Shown: positions 1 through 13,133 of the stretch, in pieces
Layout of the letters: every line of letters begins with the position of its first letter
Numbering within the stretch: the stretch's first letter is position 1
NCBI GenBank assembly: GCA_951406725.2
Contig: OX597831.1
Coordinates: 33,976,001-34,040,000, forward strand
Source of the DNA: Octopus vulgaris
Taxonomy: Eukaryota
Reading direction: 5' to 3'
DNA: 64,000 nt
Notes under the pieces: model-generated
Seen by the model: the letters and a program-made list of their open reading frames with translations, nothing else
Told to the model about the DNA's origin: nothing
Databases searched by the model: none
Translations under genes and position numbers: made by a program

Positions 1-1017
<1,017 letters not shown>

Positions 1018-1112
1018 CGAGGTCTGATCTATAAGTACCCAGACTCTGGCCATAGTAACGAAGCTAAAGCCTCTTGGCATAGATTGACCTTGAACGCTGC
1101 TGTGCATGCACA
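1018..1112 (+). mobile_element. Inverted copy of the mariner end at 554-644
   Basis: 1022-1112 is the reverse complement of 554-644 with 4 mismatches in 91 bp. Confidence 0.85.
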
Positions 1113-1242
1113 GTTCCCTTTTAGCACGTAAGGTGTCCTGTTATGGTCACCCCTTTCGTGTATAATGTTGTCTATTGACTACTTTATGCATCCTAGCCAC
1201 TGGTAGAAAATTCCTCTGAGTTTTCTACCCTATATATGTATA

Positions 1243-1298
<56 letters not shown>

Positions 1299-2453
1299 TA
1301 TATTCTAAGGAATCTAATGCTCTAAGCTTAATTTTCCTGGCCAGATTTGAGCAATCTCAAGTATAACCAGCCGAAATTGCAAATATAATCTGGAACTCGA
1401 CTGCGGAAAGAAAACTCCGAATTACCCGTCCTTGTTTTCTTTGTAGCGTTTATCTGGATGTTTTACGTTCTTGCCCATTTTGTATTTTTTATATACAAAA
1501 CATAGCGGCGTACGTACACTTCAAACTCTTTTATATGTAAGTATATATTTATGTAAATCATGCACAACTCTATTCTTTCTATTACTCTTTCCTTCTTTCT
1601 GTCAGCCCTTTCACGCTTACTTCGTTCATTCCACTCTTCGTTCTTTCGTTCCCGCTCTCTCACATTTCCTTGCCTTCTCTTCTTGCTCACTTTCCCTCCT
1701 CTTTTCACTTCACTGTGTCTCTGTCATTTTTCTCTCCCCTCCTTATTTCTTCTGTCCCTCTGTCTCTACCTCTCTCTCTCTCTCACTTCTCTCCCCACGT
1801 GACCGGTGTTCGGCCAAGCCTGACCTTCCTTTCTTGGTTCAGCCGCTGTACGTGTATCTATATTCCTCCCTGTGCCTCTGAAATCTAGTATCCCTGCCGT
1901 AAGGTTTTACTGCCACAGACACCAGCTTAATTCAATTCGTCCTTAGTCGAAAGACCCACTGTTAATGTCCTGTTATTTGTATTTGTGTAACATTCTCCGT
2001 TTTTTTCCGTCCTTGTTTTCGTATACATGCGCTGCTTTCTTCCAAGGAATCTAATGCTTTTAACTTAGTTTTTCCTTGGAGCTTGCTAGATTGGAGCAAT
2101 CTCGAGTATAACCAGTCGAAATTGCAAAGATAATCTGGAACTCGACTGAGGAAAGAAAACTCCGAATGACCCATCCTTGTTTTTTCTGTATTGGCTGTCT
2201 GGATATTTTGTTATTCTTTTTTGGTAACACTTAACTGTGTGGATGTTTTGCGTTCTCGTCCTATTTTGTATTTTTATATATAAAACATATAGCGGCATAT
2301 GTACACTTTGGTCTCTTATATGTATATATAATAGACAACATTATACACGAAAGAGGTGACCATAACAGGACACCTTACGTGCTAAAAGGGAACTTTGACT
2401 GCCCCTTTTAGCATGTAAGGTGTCTTGTTAGGGCCCACCTCTTTTGTGTATAA
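1113..2453. repeat. Repeat relic with direct repeats (about 1303-1545 and 2041-2325) and inverted ends (1113-1175 / 2331-2395 / 2402-2453); possibly Penelope-like pseudo-LTRs
   Basis: The direct and inverted repeats are read from the sequence. The family assignment is inference from architecture only. Confidence 0.5.
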
Positions 2454-3296
2454 ACACACGTACACATATCATGCATCCTTCTACGCCTTCTTTTATACTC
2501 ATCTGCTTTAATGAACCTTTTCTAATTCTTCGATTTTACTCTTGGCATAGTTGGATATCGGACCTCATAGGTACAAATCTTTAAGTATTATTGAAATGAT
2601 TAGTTATATCATCATATGATCTTAAAATTTATTACCTAATAATACGCGTCTAGCCATTTCTTTAACTGTCAACACCCCACCCTGGTCCTCTTTGGCTCCC
2701 ATTTGTATTTACATCCTTTTCTTAAAATTCAACTGAGGCCGTCTCGCCTTTGCACGTTTCGATGATCTTTTAACATCTTGACAACTAGACATTCTGGCAG
2801 ACACGCTTTTAGCTGGAGACCTCTCAACCTTTCTTGTCTTTTCTCCTAATTGCTTTATTGTTCTTTGATATTTGAATCTAACACACATCCTGTAGACTTC
2901 TTACACTCTACTGCTTCGCTTTATTGCCTTTTGAACGATTGACTGGAATATCGTTGTTTCAGTTCAACTCCCGTCTCTCTCATCTATATATTTACCTTTC
3001 TTCCTTCTTTCTTTCCTCTTTTTTCTTCCCTTGACCTATACACCCCTCCATCAACTCCTACTCTGACTTCTACTCTTTTGAACTCATCCTTACTTTTCTA
3101 CTTCTTTCTCTCTATTGCCCACTCTTCTACGCTTTTTCGTTTGTCTTGATAGGACACTGTATTTATATTGAATACATTCCACTGTTTAAATTCTATATTT
3201 TCGCCCGATAATGGGGTAAGTGATACTAAAATTTAAATTTTCGTTATTTCATATACACCCGCGAACACTAATTTACTTCATGTATACATACATACA

Positions 3297-3332
<36 letters not shown>

Positions 3333-3451
3333 CATATATATACATACATACATATATATATACATACATACATACATATATATATACATACATACATATA
3401 TATATACATACATACATACATATATATACACATACATACATATATATATAT

Positions 3452-3498
<47 letters not shown>

Positions 3499-3506
3499 AC
3501 ACATCC

Positions 3507-3544
3507 ACGTAAGAGTGGCTGTGTGGCAAGTAGCTTGCTTACCA
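3507..3544 (+). mobile_element. SINE family A, tRNA-like head (5' part, interrupted by an insertion)
   Basis: GAGTGGCTGTGTGGCAAGTAGCTTGCTTACCA matches the heads at 9216, 15005 and 63862. The SINE resumes at 4829. Confidence 0.85.
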
Positions 3545-4828
3545 GCCGTTAAATTTATCTCACGGTGACCCTAATATGCAACGGTCTGGTTGCTATTTGA
3601 CTGCCCACAAGAAGCTTGCGACTTTGTAAGCCAGCCCCTTGAGGGCAAAGAAATATTGTTTCTCCCAAACTATATGGGACAAAAATTATTGAGGGCTTGG
3701 ATCTGCGGCCTACCACCCGGAGTTGAGCCCGAGTGGATAGAGGACTCTATCCGCCGGGGTCTGGGTGGGAGCAGTGCCAAGCTGCTAAATGTAAAAGTGT
3801 TGCCTGCGGCTGATTGGGAGGGGTCGAAAGCTGTTTTGACCCTATGGACCCAATCAGCCGAAAGTCTGGTTTTTCCAGATATTTGAGGATGGCCGGGTCC
3901 AGGTATCCGGTGATGCTTGAGGGACGCCTCCCAAGTGTCACCTGTGCCTGGAGACCGGCCACATTAAGAAGAACTGCCCCAGGGACCAAAGTAGGATCCT
4001 GGAGCAGTTAATGGTGGAATCTCTCCCTGCTCCCCCAATGAAGGGAGAGAAACAGAACGAGGAAATTGCTACATCCTCAAAAAAGAAAAGAAAGATGGGC
4101 AACAATGGTGACCCACGGAAAGACCCGGGAGCTGCGGGAGAAAAAGAGGACCCGTTGTGTGCAACACAGGAACCTCACCCTCCCGCGGCCCAGGGAAAAA
4201 AGGAAAAAAAGAAGAAAGAGAAACGGGACGCCGCCGGCGGATTGTAACACGCAGACGGCGTCTCTCAAGTCTCCTCAGGTGGGTGTGCCGCCGGAGAATC
4301 AATATGTGGTTCTCTTCCACAAAGAAGGAACGCTTGAAAACGAGATAGGTAAAATGAGAAGGAGAGGCCAATGGGAGGGACTTCGGTCCTGCACGGAGGA
4401 CCCCGAGTGGCCTTCGCAGGTGGCTGCGGAGGTCCTATAGGATAGCGATCTGAGCAGGATCGTGAATTCCTTCCCGGAGGACTCCTTTCAATTTATACCT
4501 GTATGGTACGGCCTGACAAAGAATGATTGCCTCAATGAAGCAATAGCGCTGGTCGGCCGGGTGACGAACTTTTTGAATGTTTTAAAAAGAAAAATTGTAT
4601 CGTATTGAGAAAGAGGTTCATTGCCTCATTGTGACTTTTGTGAAATTTTGTGACATTTTGAATTTTTTGAAAAAAGAACATTGTCTTAGAGAAGCCGAAG
4701 TCGGCGGGCGCTTTCGTCTTCTCCCATCACCATCTTTGTTCCATCACCATCATTCATACCATCAATGTCTACGTCCAGCCCGCAAAGCTACACCTGTGTA
4801 ATGCCCCTGTGGTAAATTAGATAAAATA
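3545..4828 (+). mobile_element. 5'-truncated non-LTR retroelement carrying only a degenerate L1/Tx1-like ORF1 (RRM-like region plus CCHC zinc knuckle)
   Basis: Frameshifted ORF reads LFDCPQEACDF...RAWICGLPPGVEPEWIE...EGR/PKCHLCLETGHIKKNCP (CX2CX4HX4C at 3936-3977), then a K-rich linker and a C-terminal segment to about 4580. It ends with a short 3' UTR, the A-rich end ATAAAATAAA and a 17-bp TSD AAGTAGCTTGCTTACCA (3528-3544, 4829-4845). Confidence 0.8.
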
Positions 4829-4969
4829 AAGTAGCTTGCTTACCAACCACATGGTTTCGAGTTCAGTCCCACTGCGTGGCACTTTGGGCAAGTGTCTTCT
4901 ACTATAGTCTCGTGCTGACCAAAGCCTTGTGAGTGGATTTGGAAGACGGAAACTGAAAAGAAGCCCGTC

Positions 4970-4970
<1 letters not shown>
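4829..4970 (+). mobile_element. SINE family A, continuation after the insertion
   Basis: B-box-like GAGTTCAGTCCC and body CACTTTGGGCAAGTGTCTTCTACTATAG...GGAAACTGAAAAGAAGCCCGTCG, as in other copies. Confidence 0.9.
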
Positions 4971-5011
<41 letters not shown>

Positions 5012-5041
5012 TCAAAATAAGCAAAAGGATATCCAGAGGTA

Positions 5042-5129
5042 ATGCAGTACGATCGTTTCAAGCGACTCCATTTAATTGAACAATGCAACCATTTCATCAA
5101 TTTAAACGCAGAGCAATCCTCAGCTGCAT
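5042..5129 (-). ncRNA. Candidate type I hammerhead ribozyme in a Penelope-like relic
   Basis: Minus strand: stem I AUGCAG/CUGCAU, core CUGAGGA, long stem II, GAAA, palindromic stem III ACGAUCGU, cleavage triplet GUA. The stem II closing pair is non-canonical. Confidence 0.55.
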
Positions 5130-5229
5130 AAATACATAGAACTTGATCCGGTTTGCGTAGTAACCAGTCTGAATCTAGTATATGCTTTTAAAGTATTCTT
5201 AACTCCTCTCTCTCTCTCACACTTTATTT

Positions 5230-5431
5230 TTCCTTTACTTGTTTAGAATGCAGCCATGCTGGGACATCACGTTGAAAATTTTTTAGTCGAATGAATCGAC
5301 CTTAGTAATTACTTTTTAAAAGCTGGTACTTATTCTATCGACCTCTTTTACCAAACCGCTAAGTTACGGTGACGAAAACACACCAGCACTACTTGTCAAG
5401 CGGCGGTGACGGAACTGACACACACACAACA

Positions 5432-5475
<44 letters not shown>

Positions 5476-5685
5476 CGAACGCACATACACTCACATACAC
5501 ACACACACACATGGATATACATGTATACGAAGGGCTTCTATCAGCTTCCGTCTGTCAAATCCATTCACAAACCTTAAGTCAGCTCGAGGCTATAGTAGTG
5601 GACATTTGCCCAAAGTGTCATGCGGTACACTGAACCCCAAGCCATGCGGTTGGGGGAAGCAAGCCTTTTACAACACACCACGCTT
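5230..5685 (-). mobile_element. SINE family A, diverged full-length copy with internal (GCAC)n
   Basis: Reverse complement of the family A head, body and tail. Confidence 0.8.
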
Positions 5686-5805
5686 ATATTGATATATATA
5701 TTGATAGAAATGGTAAGACAACAAAAGAATGAAAGAGACCTCGATGTTAAGTAAATAGAGGAATTTATATGTAAATGGAATATGTGACAATTATTCGGTA
5801 GCCAT

Positions 5806-5867
5806 GATAAAACTTCCGAGTTTCGGATGCCGAAGTGGAAATCCACGCCACCATCTCTTCAGTTATC
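5806..5867 (-). ncRNA. Type I hammerhead ribozyme motif, unit 1 (GUU site)
   Basis: GAUAA-CUGAAGA-GAUG...CAUCC-GAAA-CU-CGGA-AG-UU-UUAUC. Confidence 0.55.
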
Positions 5868-5916
5868 CGGCCATCTAAACTGTAAATGTAATATGTGACA
5901 ATTATTCGGTAGCCAT

Positions 5917-5977
5917 GATAAGACTCCGAGTTTCGGATGCCGAGGTGGAAATCTACGCCGCCATCTCTTCAGTTATC
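5917..5977 (-). ncRNA. Type I hammerhead ribozyme motif, unit 2 (GUC site)
   Basis: GAUAA-CUGAAGA-GAUG...CAUCC-GAAA-CU-CGG-AG-UC-UUAUC. Stem I is GAUAA/UUAUC, the core is intact and stem III is short. Confidence 0.7.
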
Positions 5978-6101
5978 CGGCCATCGGAAACTGTAAGTGT
6001 AATATGTGCCAATTATTCGGTAGCCATGATAAAACTCTCCACCTGGGCATCCGAAACTCGGAGTTTTTTCATGGCTACCGAATGATTGCCACACATATTA
6101 C

Positions 6102-6184
<83 letters not shown>

Positions 6185-6186
<2 letters not shown>

Positions 6187-8568
6187 GTATATTTCTGCAT
6201 ATATGACGACGACTGAATACTAAAATTTACTCTAAAAATTTAGGGTCTCTTATACCACCATTCTAAATATCAAACCTTGAATTTCAAGTGAGCTTATAAG
6301 TAAGATAACCTCGATCTCGGTGCGATAACCACAGAGACACGTGAACAGGTTAACAAAATAAAAAAAATTATAATATAGGTAATAAAAACAATTTTACTTT
6401 ATATATTATTGGCATATGTTCATAATAAATAGCCTATTCGAGAGATAATTCTCTATCATTGAAATCAACTTTTATCTATGCGATTTGGGATGGGAAAATG
6501 TAAACATCGAGTTTTGTTGCGCTCACAATAACCTTTATCTTTCGTTAACCTTTCAAAAAGTTTAATGGTGATGTATAAGTGTAGTAATAACATTTAGAAT
6601 AACATATTTATATTTTTCATAAAATATCTATAATCATTTGATGGTAAATAACACAATTTGGATTACACACAACCTTTATTTTTCAATAAAATTATTTTAC
6701 GGTCATTGCAATTAAAACATAAGACACTATATTTAAAAAAAATTTCCTATCAAGATAAATGATATTGATAAAACTTCAAACCTGACACATGTATTTATCT
6801 AAAACCTATCAAATTCCTCACAATCATTACAATCTGTTTCTAAACGTTTCCTACACATATAAGACTTATCACGTATGTCTTCATTGTAAGGATTCCAGTC
6901 GGGTTCTGGTGAATCGACTTCTACTCCGACGTCGCTATTGTACAGAATATCATCTTTGGTACCATCGATGACATTAGAGATACCGCATTTTAAAAATGAT
7001 TTTATTACATTTTCTACTTTATTTTTGACCCATGCCTTTATAACGAAATCAGACATCACCAAGTGAGGCAGCACGATTAACTCCACCGTTTGTAAAAGAT
7101 TTTTCTCTATTCGTAAACCAGTCATTCCATTGCTCTCTCACATTATCTTTAAATAGTTTGTTTAAACTGACACCAGGTGGCTGCAGTATAGAAGTCAAAC
7201 CCCCAAGAATAACAACAGTATCAGTATTGGTTTTGGGTACTCACGTTTTAGTATTTGCCGTTACGTGACTAAGAAACATATCCCAAACCAATAAACTGCG
7301 TTCGTTTCGTATGGCACCTGGTCCCCCTGTTCCAAATATTCTCAATCCATAATTTCATATCACTCTCGTTCATCCACCCTGTCTCGTGAAAATGAACAAA
7401 ACCACCTGGAGGAAAATCTATTTGGGGTTTAGTTTTTTGTATTATCAGCCATGCAGGATAATACCACCGTTAAACCTCGTTTTTTCATGTCCCGTGCTCT
7501 TAACGTGCACCGTTTCTTCTCCTTTCAAATCTACCGTTTTGTTACCCAGCATGTCAAAGTTTAACGGAGTTTTATCCATATTTCCAATATGAGCCAATGG
7601 AAACTGATGCATTTTTCTCAGCTGGATGATGAACTGGTGGAAAATGGTTACTTTGTGATCGAGATCTTTGGGGCGATTTTTGTTTTCTCCCTTATTACCA
7701 GATTTTTTTCTGTTCATAAAACAACTGAACCAGCCTACTGTGGCTTTAAACTCTTTACTTTCTTCTTTATGTGATTTAGCCCATTTTAGGACATAAGGTT
7801 TTATTTTATTTCGTGTTTCAATGAAGCCATCTAGTCTCTGCTGGACTATCCATTCTGCTACATCATTTTCTAACTTCGGCCAACGAGTGCTTCTTCTTCT
7901 CATTGCACGTTTTTGTTTGGGCATTTGCCTTAATTTTTTTCTTTCTCCACTCTCTTACCATCTTCTCGGTATGTTCTAACAACAGCACAATTGTTCGAAC
8001 TCTTGGTTCCTGCTATAATTTTCAATTTGAAACTAGCCTCATATTTTCTTCTTTTCGTTGGTGATTGCATATTGGTATGGGTATAAAATAATTATAAATT
8101 TCACTTGACTAGACAGTTTGTGCTTTTATATAAAGTATATTGAAAAGGTTATTGATACACCAGGCTGACTGTCACTGTTTAGAACATTGCTGTCTTAAGA
8201 ATCACTATTATCATATTGTTGTTAGCGATTGTTATAATAGTGATAAAGTTTTGATAAAGAAGAAGAATCAGGTTCTCTTTTTAGGCGATGTATGTATGCA
8301 AAAATATTATGTAGAAACAGATTTGTTATTTCGTTTATTTTAATTTGTAAGGATATAGTAAGTAAAAAAAAAAAACTTTTGTAAAAGCATCATCTTTACA
8401 TGACCAATATTTCTAAATATACCCGTTTGTTGCAAAAGCCATTCTGTACACAAATGGTTTTGTAATTTAGCAGTCCTCTTATACTACAAACATGAGAAAA
8501 ATTTATGATTTTTTTACAAATTATGGCCTCGTCTTATCTAAAGATCGTCTTATACGCGGAAATATACG

Positions 8569-8569
<1 letters not shown>
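6185..8569 (-). mobile_element. Full-length degenerate pogo-superfamily DNA transposon (POGK-like architecture)
   Basis: TIRs CCGTATATTTCTGCATATATGACG (6185) and CGTCTTATACGCGGAAATATACGG (ends 8569). TA at the left end, CA at the right. Confidence 0.85.
6799..8070 (-). pseudogene. pogo transposase pseudogene (Brinker-like DBD, CENP-B HTH, DDE_1)
   Basis: MQSPTKRRKYEASFKLKII..., WPKLENDVAEWI...FKATVGWFSCFM, IGNMDKTPLNFDM...VKSTGHEKTRF, and an end reading IKSFLKCGISNVIDGTKDD. Several frameshifts. Confidence 0.9.
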
Positions 8570-8629
<60 letters not shown>

Positions 8630-8631
<2 letters not shown>

Positions 8632-8822
8632 AAGGGAAAGTGTACGAAAATAAAGAAAAGACGAAGGCAGATGGTGTACAAACAAACAGATGTATTAGTA
8701 TAGCGCTCAGGAATAGAAAAAGTCTTTTACGTTTCGAGCCTACGCTCTTCTACGGAATGGTACACAGAAAAAACAAGGAGAGAAACAGGGAGAGAAAAAA
8801 TGTGTGTAGTAGCTAACGATCT

Positions 8823-8868
<46 letters not shown>

Positions 8869-9125
8869 GTTGTGTCTGGGGAGATTCATTTTCTTTTTAT
8901 GCCTTATAATGTAACACACTCACCGGTAAAATTTCCACTTATTTCTTATTTTTATTTTCCTAAAATTTTCATTGCGTCTTGCAACCTTTTCAATAGTCTT
9001 GACTTTCTTTTACTTGTAAGTGTGTTACATTATAAGATACAAGAAGAAAACGACTCTCCCCAGACACAACAGAACATGCTTCAACACACGAACTCATATA
9101 AAGAATCTTGCAAATCAAATCCCAA
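8630..9125. mobile_element. Two Penelope-like terminal-repeat relics (related pieces at about 11050-11510, 22925-23005, 33795-33885 and 38640-38780)
   Basis: Dispersed repeats shared within the window and embedded in (TA)n. Degenerate minimal hammerhead at 8724-8757 on the minus strand. Confidence 0.5.
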
Positions 9126-9141
9126 AACGATATATATATAT

Positions 9142-9204
9142 CGCAATGGATAACGCGTCTGACTACGGATCAGTAGATTCCAGGTTCGAAACATGGTAAG
9201 CTCG
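9142..9204 (+). pseudogene. 5'-truncated tRNA-Arg(ACG) pseudogene
   Basis: CGCAATGGATAACGCGTCTGACTACGGATCAGTAGATTCCAGGTTCGA...GCTCG is nearly the metazoan Arg-ACG sequence. The 5' acceptor strand is replaced by (TA)n, the T-arm is mutated, and a T-run follows. Confidence 0.8.
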
Positions 9205-9215
9205 GTGTTTTTATA

Positions 9216-9451
9216 GGCACTGGAGTGGGTGAGAGGTAAGTAGTTTGCTTACCAACCACATGGTTCTTGGTTCAGTTCCACTGCGTTACGCCTTGCCCAA
9301 GTGTCTTCTACTATAGCTTCGGGCCGACCAGAAGCTTGTGAGTGGATTTCGTAGACGGAAACAGAAAGAAGGTCGTCGTATATATGTATATTATATATAT
9401 AGATCTATATGTTTGCGCGTCTGTGTTTGTTCCCCACCCCCCATCGCTTGA
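9216..9451 (+). mobile_element. SINE family A, 5' half
   Basis: Matches the family A head and body. Confidence 0.85.
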
Positions 9452-9947
9452 CTTAATTTATCGTGCCCGAAATGATGAAAGGCAAACCTAGGCGGAATTT
9501 GATCTCAGAATTTGAAGACGAACAAATTACCTATTTCTTTACTACCCACAAGGGGCTAAACACAGAGAGGACAAACAAGGACGGACAAACAGATTAAGTC
9601 GATTATATCGACCCCAATGCGTAACTGGTACGTATTTAATCGACCCTAAAAGGATGAAAGGCAAAGTCGACCTCGGCGGAATTTGAACTCAGAACTTAAC
9701 CGCAGACGAAATTCCTATTTCGTTATTACCAACAAGGAGCTAAACATAGAGGGGACAAACAATGACAGACAAACGGATTAAGTCGATTACATCGACTCCA
9801 GTGCGTAACTGGTACTTAATTTATCGACCCCGAAAGGATGAAAGGCAAAGTCGACCTCGGCGGAATTTGAACTCAGAACGTAGCGGCAGACGAAATACTG
9901 CTAAGCATTTCGCCCGGCGTGCTAACGATTCTGCCAGCTCGCCGCCT
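9452..9947 (-). mobile_element. SINE family B multimer (head GGCGGCGAGCTGGCAGAA; core GTCGACTTTGCCTTTCATCCTTTCGGGGTCGATAAA, Meta-domain-like)
   Basis: Three tandem core units; homologous copies occur across the window. Confidence 0.85.
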
Positions 9948-10456
9948 CAACAAAACTGTTTATTAACAGAACAATGTATTTTGACATATACTACATCATT
10001 TCTGCATTCGATCGTACTCGAACCTTCGAACCTAGCTACCAATAACGGTTTCTTACTTCACTATAATAACATATTTTGTGTAATGACAAGATGGCAGGCC
10101 AAACAGGCCTCAGTAAGTACTGGTATTTATTTATATTCATTGGATTAGAAGGGCGAAAAGAAATGTTAGATGGATTTGAGCTAAGTCGCAAGTATGAAGA
10201 TATTTAAGCAGGAAGATATTTGCGTCTCTTTTCTATCCGGTCGATTATCGATTCTGCTAAGCACAGTTCTCAGCGGATTGATGGTAATGATATTGATTTC
10301 CTTTGGCCTGTCACAAGGTTAATTGATTTATGGAAGTGGCTATAGAGACACATACACGTATATACACGCATACATACATACATGCATACATACATACATA
10401 CATACATACATACATACATACATACATACATACATACATACATACATACGGTATGT

Positions 10457-10504
<48 letters not shown>

Positions 10505-10584
10505 ATATATGTACTTGCATATTGCATACATATATAGATACATATACTGATCGGCGCGCATGTATGTATTTATCCATGTATCTA

Positions 10585-10636
<52 letters not shown>

Positions 10637-10644
10637 ACTGTCTG

Positions 10645-10708
<64 letters not shown>

Positions 10709-11100
10709 CCTATCTATCTATCTAACTCTCTATCTACTTGTCTCGCTAAATTTCTATTTATGCATATATGTTTGTATGCATGTGTGTATATGCACATACA
10801 CACATAATATATATATATATATGCATTTCTAGATATACAGGCATATATACAAGTAAGCACGAATGAACAAATGAGCTTCTAAAAGTGCGTGGCTCTTTTC
10901 ACTAGTGTGTTTGGTTGACGGTTATAATGTCGTAGGGTTCAATTTTTGCATGAGATGGGGCGTTTGCTCTAGAACCACTTATATTATTTCACATTGTGAC
11001 AACTTACACGACTGTATTGAGTACTCGCTGAGTACTGGAGATATATAGCAAAAAGCAAACCCAGATAAAACAAGCTATAAATAACAAATGTACAAGGGAC

Positions 11101-11340
11101 ATTCTGTTGTGTCTGGGGACAGTCATTTTCATTTTGTGCCTTATAATTTAACACCCTCACCGGTAAAATTTCCACTCCTTTCTTATTTTTATTTTCCTAA
11201 AATTTTCGTTGCGTCTTGCCACTTTTTCCAAGACGCAACCAAAATTTTAGGAAAATAAGAAATAAGTGGAAATTTTAAGGGTGAGGGTTTTAAATTATAA
11301 GGCACAAAAAGAAAATTACTCTCCCCAGACACAACAGAAT
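11101..11340. repeat. Fold-back inverted repeat, arms of about 115 bp
   Basis: 11101-11218 pairs with 11229-11340; same family as 8865-9125. Confidence 0.85.
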
Positions 11341-12715
11341 ATGCTTCAACCCACGAATTCACACAAAGAATTTTGCAAACCACATCCAAACACGAAGTAC
11401 ATGGGACAATCACAGTCGATATTATTGGGTTGATGCTCAAGGAAGAATGGAAAGAGTAAAAGATATAGAGTATAACTTATGGGCGTTTCGGATATAGTCC
11501 TTCTTCGGTTACTATAGGAAAATCCAGGAGAAGCAGGGAAGAGTGCGAAGAGAAAGAAGGATTGGAAAATAAAAGCAACATGCGAGAGTGAAGTTCACAT
11601 GTTCGATCTCTGATTAATCAGAAGTGAGAGATGCAAGATTTGCTTTAATGTCAGTCGCTGTAGACCTTACGATATGCAAATCCTTTTGTTACTGTTCTAT
11701 ACTTCACATTGTTCTTAGAAATAGGGAAGTCAAATTTGACTTGAGTAGAGCGTGAACTACGATTGTGAAGAGTTACAAAGCAATTTGTCTGTGTATACAT
11801 TGTAGAAACAGTGTAACGTTGCTGATAAGGTAAAAGCGATTCCATTCATCCATTCATCTCATCCTCTCACTATTCCGTAGAGGTTCATGGGTAGAGAGGG
11901 GTGTAGTGTTGTCAGACACCTCCTACATTGAGTTCTATCAGAAACAAACTTCAGTACACTTTTTGACTGGATGATATCAAGCATGACATATTGAGAATAT
12001 GGATCCTATCCAACCATCTCATTCTCAGTCTACTCTGAGGTCTCCTGCTCGTAACCTCGACTTGAAGAATCTCTCTTGTGATTCCTTCATTCTACATTCT
12101 GCTCATATGACCGTAGTACCAACAGAAACTGCGCTCTCTCTCAATAAGGAGATATAGCTGCTCGACTTGGAGAATTTCCCTGATTTTCGAGTTACGTACT
12201 CTACTGAGTAACGTTATACCAGAAACCCTTCGGAGGAATCCCGTTTCGTCCTCTTGTAATTATAGTCGTAAACTTTCGTTTATTACACAACATTTAAACC
12301 ACAGATGACGATAGGCACGAAAACCGAACCAAAGAGATCGAGTTTGGCTTTTTTTATCAAGCTCTCCGCTTCGCAGAACCGTATGTTAGGTCTGGCGTAA
12401 GTATTCAATCCAAGCATCTAGACATATTATATAACATGAATTCTGTATAACAGTCTTTGGTTAGAATTATGTTCTTGGAATAGAAATATATTTTTTTAAC
12501 AACTAAATGCAGAAAAATATGGTGATTACAGATAAAATACAGAAGAAAATATATTTAAAGGACGCAGATATATACGCACATATGCAGATGTAATACATGC
12601 GGAAGCACAATGCTTATATGCATGGAGGGCCATGTGCAGAAAATTTATTATATGAAGATGGACACCAAACATAACACAAAAACACACATATATGCTCGTG
12701 TGCACGTGTACATAC

Positions 12716-12780
<65 letters not shown>

Positions 12781-12781
12781 C

Positions 12782-13133
12782 ATATTGTTATATTTCGGAA
12801 TGGTCATATAGTTTAGCCAATAAAAACACACGCACTATATATTTGGTGTTATTTTGCTTCAGTGATATTTATTTTTTACATTAATCTTAATCTTATTTCG
12901 GCCAAAGTTCTTTCGTCACACTCCTGTGACCGCATCAGTGGTCCTTTGTTTTCTTCTCACTTACTTGTGTTTCTCTTTACTAACCGTAAGCCATTTTGTA
13001 TTTCTATTGTATGTCTTCATTTGCGCATGCTTATATCTCTATGTGCGTCTATGTTTATTTAGTGTGTGTGTGGGGGGATGCCTGTAATATTTGTGACCAT
13101 TCCGGAATATGACCATTCCGAAATATAACAATA
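12782..13133. repeat. Element bounded by 28-bp inverted repeats
   Basis: ATATTGTTATATTTCGGAATGGTCATAT / ATATGACCATTCCGAAATATAACAATAT. Confidence 0.7.

Larger units (their letters stand above)
5779..6108 (-). repeat. 111-bp tandem repeat (about 2.3 units) plus an inverted partial unit; retrozyme- or Penelope pLTR-like
   Basis: TATGTGACAATTATTCGGTAGCCATGATAA recurs at 5781, 5892 and 6003. An inverted copy lies at about 6046-6108. Confidence 0.85.

Noticed and set aside
5779-6108. CRISPR-like periodicity
   Set aside because: The whole 111-bp unit is repeated, there are no unique spacers or cas genes, and the context is eukaryotic.
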